A DNA stretch of 59,825 nucleotides, the filler included, from Sphacelaria rigidula (Eukaryota), in NCBI GenBank assembly GCA_964200075.2. It is 10 parts of 10 records of this genome, joined end to end, with 100 filler letters (N's around TTAATTAATTAA, not from the genome) between each part and the next. Parts side by side here need not be neighbours in the genome. Positions count along the whole stretch, not along the records: positions 47,942 to 53,833 come from CAXNAA020023686.1; positions 53,934 to 59,825 come from CAXNAA020023687.1; 8 more parts are not named here. One strand, written 5' to 3'. This document shows, piece after piece, positions 51,098 to 59,825 of the stretch. The translations under genes were made by a program, and so were the position numbers. The number at the start of each line of letters is the position of its first letter. Positions within the stretch are counted from its first letter, which is position 1. The notes below the pieces were generated by a model, which made no database searches, was not told the origin of the DNA, and saw only the letters and a program-made list of their open reading frames with translations.

Positions 51098-51371
51098 GCC
51101 CATTCATCGGCCAATATCTCAAGTTGGACCCTGAAATTTGGTCCAGACAAAAAATAGGGCATAATAAAAACAAATACCAGTCCACACAACGGGGTTTTTT
51201 TTTCATGAGTCAAGGGCAATAATCAGTTTTCAGGTATCAGTAAAATGCCCTTGACTCATGAAAAAACAAAAACAAAACCTTGTGTCCACTTGTATTTGTT
51301 TTTATTATGCCCAATTCATTGTCCATACCAAATTTCACGGTCCAACTCTCAATATTGGTCGGTTAATGGGA
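51098..51371. mobile_element. Foldback/MITE palindrome with ~125-bp arms
   Basis: TTTTCATGAGTCAAGGGCA pairs with TGCCCTTGACTCATGAAAA, and GGGCATAATAAAAACAAATAC pairs with GTATTTGTTTTTATTATGCCC. Confidence 0.8.
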
Positions 51372-52949
51372 CGTTTAGTGACGGGGTCAGAAGAAATTCG
51401 GTGCAGTATTTTGCAGGCCACTTACCGGCCCAAGTTTGGTGTTTCTGTATCGAAACTTTGTGTGGGCCGTGGCTAGGGCATAATTGACATATCAAAGTGG
51501 GTTAGGTTGATTTTCTTCATTTTTTTCACTGGTTTAGGGTGTCCTATCGTATGGAAACGACTATTCCTTCACGAGAACGCCCGAACTTCTCCCGAATAAA
51601 AAAATGAGGGCCCATTTTTTTTTTTCAGTATACCTCTGTGATTGTTTATCCTTACTTTCAAACCAAAGTTCTAAAAATGAGCTAAAAAGTCGAGTCAAGT
51701 CCCAAGAGCGGTGTTCATTTCGCCTCAAAACTGCCCTGAGAACGGAAAAAAAAAAAAAATGAAAAAGCTGTTCAAATTAGCTTCATTACGCACCATAGGT
51801 TCTCCATACGAAATTCCATAGCATAACACTCAAAAACCAAGACGCGATATCCAGACTTAGTTCATCTAGTGCATCTGCTCGTAATATATTGATTGTAGTA
51901 TGTACACTGATGTGCGCCCTATCTTGAGATAACGGATTAGGTGAAGGTGACGGTATCTATCGTCTCCCCGTGCTCCAGGGAATGTCCACACATAATATCG
52001 TTTTCACCCGCTGAATGTATCGATCGGGGTTTCATACAAAATCTAGTATGGACGATATCTCCGTTAGGTATAGGAATTACTACACATGAGATTTCTTCAA
52101 CGAGAAAATGTTGGCCCAGACTTTTGAGCAGATGGTCATCTCCCCCTTGATTAGATGAATAATACGATATGAGAATCATGGCCCAACTCGTCATTGCTTT
52201 GAGAGATTAAATCCGTTTTTAGGCTGATCCAGCTCGTAGCGGCGCACGGCGCCTCTGTCGAGGGTTTCTCCCCTGGGAACCGGGTTTTTCCTCACATAAG
52301 TTTCACCGAGGGCTGGGTTTTCTCGCGGCAGTGTTGAGAGCGTGATGTTATTCTCTGAACATCTTTCCTGACCACCCGCCCTATGTTTTCGACGGAGGAA
52401 CTGGCGCGGAAGAGAGTGTTCAATAACAGGGTCCAGTAGGCGTGTGATACGTGATGGGGACGGCGCTCCCTGGCGTGATTTGTTAGTTTATTTTTTTCAA
52501 CGGACACGGAGGAGATCATCAACACGCGATCGTGAGGGGATTCATCCGATTTTCGTCAAGTCGCAGGCGCGTTCCCAGTGCTACACGCGTAGTGGAAAGG
52601 AGCATGCCATGGGCTGACGGAGCCATTGTGTCTCGGTGTTTCATGCCGGCAGACGCCGTGCCGCTTCAGTGGGGTTAAGTTGTGGTGCGTGCAGGTATTA
52701 ATGACGTGGTGTACGCGTTGGGGTTCTTGTCGGCAGGACGTTGGCCAAGCGGCATGGGTACACCACAAAGTGGGTGCAAACGCTGACTGGTGGGGAGATT
52801 TGCGTTGATGCTTGAGGCTGATGCGACTGCGCTCAGCGCGATCTCCTGATGGGAGCCAACGGTCGGATACGTGAAGAGTCGCACTGTTTTTGAACGGATG
52901 ATTCATGAGGTTTTCCTTCCCTCTCCTCCTCCCCCAATTTTGGGCGCTG

Positions 52950-53622
52950 GGACGAGTAGGAACGGTGCTCCATCTCATAAGGGATGCGTGGTCAATGGTA
53001 AAACGACGAAGGCAACCAACAAATGAGTACGCCACCCCCCCCCACTGTGAGCCTTGTCGCCGAGAACCCGGCGCGCTCTGTCCCGGCTTTGTAGGGGCGG
53101 ACCCCCGATGGGCTTGGCGTCGGTTGGCGATGACGCTGTAAAACACGCCCCTCACTGCGTAAGCTAGGCAACCAGGTTACCATTTTTTTTGGGCGCTTGC
53201 GTTTTGTGTGCGGCAAGCATGATAGTAGTCGAGCGAGATCATGTTGTGCGGCGTGGGAGAACCTCAACTCCGCACAAAGGGGATGATCGCACTACGTAGT
53301 GTTTACACGGTGGTATACTCATGAGGCAGTGTATAAGCCGTGGCTGTCTGAGGAAGTGGCGATACCAGAAAATGAAGCAACTCATTGGAGGCTGTCATCC
53401 TAATGCAAGATAATCAGTAGGTCTCGGGCCGAACAATCTTAGCAGGATGCAGCTCACCGTTCATGCGACTCGCCGAACACACCACGACGCTACGTGCTTG
53501 GTGATTGAGGGCGAGCCTGGTCCGGCGAAAACCCGGCTTGCTCCGTCCCGGCTTCGTAGGGATGCGAGGTCAATGATCTTATTACCATGGCCTGGATATC
53601 ATGAGTATAACCCCCCCCCCCC
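52950..53622 (+). mobile_element. Module A copy (52950-53043) followed by the longest module B copy (53055-53622), both C-tailed
   Basis: Ends ...AAATGAGTACGCCACCCCCCCC and ...ATCATGAGTATAACCCCCCCCCCCC. Confidence 0.75.
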
Positions 53623-54049
53623 GAGCTCGGTTGGGGTCGGGAGAGCATAATGTGACAAAATTCGAAAGCAACTATTACACGACATATGTATACACACACA
53701 AACACACGACAGCGCTGCAATGGCGAAGACACGATGAGAGACAGGACACAAACACGAGTCATTGTGTGTTGTGTGTTGTCGTCCCATTCATTCTGGACGC
53801 CAGTCTACCCCTTTCGGGATATGTGGGCACAGCNNNNNNNNNNNNNNNNNNNNNNNNNNNNNNNNNNNNNNNNNNNNTTAATTAATTAANNNNNNNNNNN
53901 NNNNNNNNNNNNNNNNNNNNNNNNNNNNNNNNNGAGGAAAGCACTGTTTTAGGCTTGAACCTCATCTCAAAGTTAAACCTCAATTCGCACAATTTGTTGT
54001 TAATGGCTAAATCGCGTCACTGTGGTGAGGAAACTTCCAATTCCACGCA

Positions 54050-57000
54050 TAAATGAAGTCTTCGACTCTCTAGGCGAAGGCAAAATATTCAGTACCGTCG
54101 ATCTCGCTTCTGGTGTTTTTCAGAGCGCCATTCACCCTGATACAGTCTCACTGACAGCGTTCTGTACATCTTCCGGGCTCTACGAATGACTCCGTATGCC
54201 ATAAGGCGCCGCCACCGCACCAGGCTGTTTCTTGACTGCGGACGCACGACTTGAACCTGTCTCCATCCAGAGCTCGCCTTGGCGCGATTGAACTGGATTT
54301 CCCGGGACATTCAATTTCATCGGCGGGTCTACACCCGGAAACTAACGAAGTCAGAGCAATGACTGACTTGCCGATGCCCACGAACATTACTCAACTCCGC
54401 TCACTATTGGGTGGACTGTCCTACTATCGCAATGTTTTGCCAAACCTGTCCAGACGGATTCACTCCATTACGGACTTGCTTAAAAAAGGTGCCGCGTTTG
54501 TCTTCATCAAAGACATGGAACCTATCGTTTGCGATTTGTTGAAAACGCTCACCGAAAAACCGGTCTTTTGTTTCCCGGACTGGGATGCAGTCCAAGACGG
54601 CTCTCGCCTCTTTCAATTGCACACAGACGCCAGCACCGACGAGTTCGGCGCGGTCCTGAATCAGCCTCAACTCCACGGCTCTATTCGACCCATCCTCTAC
54701 ATCAGTCGAGCCACCCTGCCAAACGAGGCCAACTGGAGCCCACTAGAGCTGGAAGGCGGAGTCATCACTCGGACAAGAAAGCACCTTCGACAATATTTAT
54801 TCCACGTGCCTTTCCAAATCTAAATGGATCACGGAGCACTTGAACAACTCGCCAAGGTTGGCGAACATAACGCGCGTGTGCAACGCTGGTTAGAGTTCCT
54901 GACAGCTTACCAGTATACAATCAAACACCGCCGAGGCAAAGCCACTGGGAATGCTGACCTTCTTTCCCGCCTGCCCCTTCCTCCAACGGCTGTAGATTTC
55001 AGCCTAGCTTGCCCACTAACTGAGCCCGATGAACCGGGCATGTACCCTATCCGGCATTTCTCAACGCCTATTTACGCCCTTGACCTTCATTGCCCTGAGA
55101 CGGGTACGCACATGGGCGGCCCTCGCCCCCTACCGTATGATGCCGTCTTGGATGGGCTAAAGCCCACAAGCGCCGATTACGTCGACATCCGTACTATTGG
55201 ACCTCGGGCAAATATTTCAGTTCCGCCATCTCCAGTTGTCCATCTCATTCCCGGAAATACGCGCTCTCGGTCTGCCTCCCGCGCTGACCCTCCCGGCGCC
55301 CCGCCGCCACCGACAACACCAACTTCTCCCACGAGCAGCGAAGCACCGGCTCCCCGCAACAGCGCCCCACGAGCCTTGACAACACCCACCACGCGCAATT
55401 CTCACAACAAGCACCGAGCACGCTCTCCGGCGCACACTACTTTGACAAGGCCGCCCTCCGCGGCACTGTCAGTACCCACCCCTTCTGATGATCCCGATGT
55501 ACATATTGACGTTGGCACCTCCGCCCCGTCGCCTGTTCCACAGCTTCCTGAGCCACCATGTCTAGTCGGCTCCCCGGTGGAAGGTCAACTGCGCGAGCTC
55601 CTCGCCAGTTATTCCCATCGTGATTGGGCTCGTGAACAACAAGCAGAACCATTATGCCGCACAATCATGCGGTACCTCCATGTTGGCTGCCCTGCCTCTA
55701 TCTCGGCCAATGTTCTGGCCCCGGTTGGTACACTGCCACCACCAAACGCCTCTGAGGTGTAGGAACTCGCACGTAAAGGTACTATCTTCACAACTGATGA
55801 CGGAATCAAACGGCTTGTCCGCCGCTCTACGCCCCAGCGGGGTGTAACTTCACCCGCGACCACTGGACGTCATGCACGCCTACTCGACGATGAACCCACC
55901 CGGATATATGTCACATTCTTGATGCGACCGTGGGGAATGAAAGGCTGCCACACTGACCTGTTTTGCCATCTTGGTGTCACGCGCACATTAGCGTTACTCG
56001 AACGTTTCTACTGGTGGATCGGTATGGAAGTGTCCACCCGCTTCTGGATTCGACGATGCTTCAAGTGTCAAGCTCGCAAAACTTCACGGCAGACAATATA
56101 TCGACCAATCATTTCGATGGCACTTCCCAACGCTCCTGGTCCGCGTGTCTTTCGACTATTTCGGTCATTTACCAACCACTGACCGTGGCAACACCTACAT
56201 CTTACTCTTTACCGACCGTTTCAGCCGCCATGCGTCCATGTACGCCGTCACCGCTGGAGACTTCACAGCGGCAGGCACAGCTAACATCTTAGTTCACGAC
56301 TATATCAAGCTACTATGGTTGTCCGAAACGGCTTCTCTTCGACAACGGTCAGCAAGTTTGCTCCGATCTCTCGGACGAACTGTATACGCTCCTGGGCATT
56401 CGCAAGATAGCCACGAGCGCTTACCACCCTAATGGGAACGGTGGTACTGAAAGATCTATCCCCACCATGGCCCAGATGCTGTCTATGGTAGTCAACGATC
56501 GTCAAAACGATTGAGACCTCCATCCCTCACATGTCATGCTATCCTGTAACAACTCGGTCAACGCTGCTACCAGTCTCTCTCCCAACGAGTTACATCTCGG
56601 CCGCTACCCCCGCCTGCCCATCACCGTGTTTGAGAGACACACCTTTGATGGCCACCAAGGCTTTGATGAGGATCAGATACCCTACCATGACCTGATGCGT
56701 GCATGCCAGCGCAAAGCTTTCACTATCGTGCGTGAACAATAACCTATCAATGCTTCGCGCCTTGAGAGATCTAATAATGCTCTCTACAAGTTGATGCGCA
56801 ATGACCTAATCGGAAGGTTAGCGATTGGGTCTGGTTTTACAACAGTTTGTTGACCATCCGCCAAGGCGCCGACAGAGCCGCCAACGAGACAGTCTTGACG
56901 ACTAAGCTATCCCTTAACTAGACAGGACCATTCAAGATTCTGACCGTAGGGCCCTCGCCATCGTCACCTGATGTCAAACCTGTTGGGGACGAACTTCTTG

Positions 57001-57460
57001 ATCTCGTTCTCCCTCGCGATCTATGCACCGTTGCAAACCTTGTCCAAATCCGCATGACACTAGCGACATGCCCGAATATCTATCATACGTGCGTAACAGC
57101 TATTCGATGAGATCACCGCCCTATCACGTTACTACAGACGACGTGACGGAACAACCTCTTCGCATCGCCGTGTCCCATATCTCCGATCACCAGATCACTC
57201 GCGGTCGAGGAGGTAAGATTACTGTTATGTAAAAAACTCACTGGCAAGGTCTTCGGAGGGCGTCCTGGGAACGCGAATCTGACGACCTTCAGCTGCACCG
57301 CCGAGCTATTCTCTTGTACTGGACACAACCTGAGCAGCAATATCTTGCTAACAACAAGAAATATCGCAACATGCGCCGCGGCGCCGCAGCAGGCGAACTC
57401 CATCGTGACGAAGGTTTGCGCTTCGTTGCCGATGGCTATGAATTGGTAGCCACCAAGCAT
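54050..57460 (+). mobile_element. Degenerate Ty3/Gypsy pol: partial RT, RNase H, Pro-rich linker, integrase, chromo-like C-terminus
   Basis: LRSLLGGLSYYR, LHTDAS, NADLLSRLP, H..(x5)HLG..RT...FYWW...CFKCQARK (HHCC), FDYFGHLP...DRFSR, FDNGQQ, AYHPNGNGGTER, ISDHQITRGRGGK...HWQG..RASWERE. Confidence 0.93.
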
Positions 57461-59825
57461 TGAAAAGAAAAATATTACGATGTGTGGGTCTGCTCGTTGA
57501 TCCTGGGTTCCATGACGCATTGCTACCGCATTTGTTATCGTCATTAGTTAGGATTGTTCGGGCGCGGCTTCAAGCCACCCCGATCCAGCCTCTCACTTGC
57601 CAGCCTCGTCTTGCTCCTATGGGTGCACCCCGGCTGTGCTGAGTAAGAGAGCTGCTTGTAGATATAATATGATGCTTATCGAACACGTGCGTTCCTAATC
57701 AACGGTTCACATATAGATGAGCCTGTGTGTGTATTGTGTGCATATGTGTAGTATGCCCTAGGGCCTAGCCGCCTCCGGAAAGGCAGCCTCGCTACACCTT
57801 TATCCTGTATGTTCTCACGAACAGCAGCTCGAGCCGTATGTGCATGGTTGCAAAACAGAGCTGTCAGCAACAATCAACCCGGAATCCAAACCACAGACAA
57901 TAGATACTTTAAATCCAGATGTTCACAGAAGTGAATTATTTCCCCTGTAGATTATAATACGAACCAGAGCCAATAGTTCCTCCAAACTATAAAGCGTACT
58001 GATAAGGACTCACTTGGAACTCAGAGCAACGGCGGCTGAAGCTGATGGTGTGCTGTATCCGAGATGAAGTGCTCATGGCGGGCACTCGGGGGCAAGGGTG
58101 CGGCTACCTTACGCAATAATTATATCCATCTCTAGTCATGGTACAGGAATCGAAAAGCAGATGACAAGAGAATCCTCCATCCAACAAACGGTCCGGGAAC
58201 GCAGTCTGTCGTGCAAATGAACATAAAATGTGCAGTAGACAATACAGTCAACCATACGACTCATATCTCATACCGACTGCTTGCTGAAACATCGACTTGG
58301 ATCTTTCAACAAGCGGCCATCCCTCACAGCTAGATCAAAGATTCATATCCATACGTTGCTTTACTCCGAGACATATATGCCTGAGAGATAACAGAGCCCG
58401 AAATCAGCCCCTGCAAATACCATGATGGTATGAATAATAACGGACATTGTTCTGGCCCTTATCTCAGTTTCTCGACTCAAATATTTGGGTTCTGATTCAA
58501 AACTTGGCATGGAGAACCGCAAAGGCATGCTAAAAATAAGGAGCAATGCTATGGTAGGGGTTGCAACATGTTTCTGGATTTTTTTTTGTAGGGGCCCAGA
58601 TATATGACGCTTACTGTGCAACCCAAATCTCCGGGGACCAGGCTCCCAGGAACATGGTGTTTGCACTCATCCTCAAAAACACATAACATGTTTATGAGAT
58701 CAGGAACGGATCCTCGTGTTCGGAATGGGTTTGAAATCGATTTGGGAGATATGGCCACCGACCAATCTCAGGGAGGTGACTCTGGGCCGACCCAGACTGT
58801 CGTTGAAGACGTGTGTGTTTTTTTCATTGGAAGCTTGCGAACAGAAGAGGCAGGGATGGTTTTGTTCCAACGGCGATTGGGATCAGCGGCGGTGCCACAC
58901 CAAGAGAAAGATAAACAGTGAATTCGATTCCTGCACTAGAGGCCTCTGTGTGCCGGCATCAGTCAGCATTGGGTTGCGAGACACAAGGGGCAGGCTGCTA
59001 GTAAAACATGTCCTGTACAACTGCAGGTAGGTGTGCCCCAAATCATTCGTACTCCCCTCCAACATGCATGATGACCTGCAGAGGTCGGGATCATATAACA
59101 GTGGATCCTGGATATATGGGGCCCAACTCAAAAATGAGGTTGAAGTGGCATTTCTTTTTTGCAGGGATGACGCGAAGCACGTACGACCGAGCGTAGCCAT
59201 CTCCCCCCCCAAATGTCGGCACCCGTTAAGCAGCTGTGGTTAGGTGCACCTAACGAATGCGGTCTACACGCGTATCGATGACGATATTCTCCAGAGGGAG
59301 AAGCAACGACAGGGAGGAAGCTCCTCGCCCGTGTCCTTCGTGTATCCTCGTTCGGCGATTACCAAACTCTCGAGAGACTGGCATCATCGATGTTACCAGC
59401 GTGTGCCCAATTTCCCATGTGCCGAAACATCGAGCTGCGGAGAGATTTCCTTTCTTCTTACAATTGCCTGTCGAGCTCACGAATGCAAAGGTCTATATTT
59501 CTCTCTGCCTCTCCTTTTGAACAGGACGCGCCTCTGTGCTCTTGGAAGCATTTCGTTGAAAAACAGGGCAATGTTTCCGTCACCGCTACGACTGTTGTCA
59601 GCCACACATATGTCAGCAAGGGCGGTGGTGCGGCCATAACAAAGAGATTCAACTTGAATTTGGGGGGTGTTATTCATTATTGATTTTACCCACATCTGAC
59701 CCTCTGGGTGCCCGACCAGAAGAGCGTGCCACACGCTAGTTGAGGGGAGTGTATGAGAAATCAAACACTGGTAGAGACCTTCTTGACATGCGGAGTGAAA
59801 AACGATACCTATGGTGATGACCTAA

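Overview
This is not one locus. It is ten unrelated eukaryotic contigs (5893 bp x5, then 5892 bp x5, i.e. length-sorted) joined by an artificial N44-TTAATTAATTAA-N44 linker. Long introns, short GT-AG exons, microsatellites and the repeat content suggest a repeat-rich stramenopile genome, probably a brown alga (inference). Recognisable host genes occur only as spliced fragments: three RPB2 exons (contig 2), two CCZ1-like exons (contig 4), three DNA-PKcs exons (contig 7) and one monothiol glutaredoxin exon (contig 9). The rest is mostly decayed mobile DNA. It includes an RTE-like LINE, three Ty3/Gypsy relics and an internally deleted mariner. There are also MULE- and hAT-type non-autonomous elements with exact target-site duplications, Helitron-like elements, tRNA-derived SINEs and foldback MITEs. 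The most unusual recurring signal is a retroposon family whose 3' end is a stem-loop, then ATGAGTAC, then a poly(C) tract instead of poly(A). No prokaryotic-type system (CRISPR, operon) is supported.
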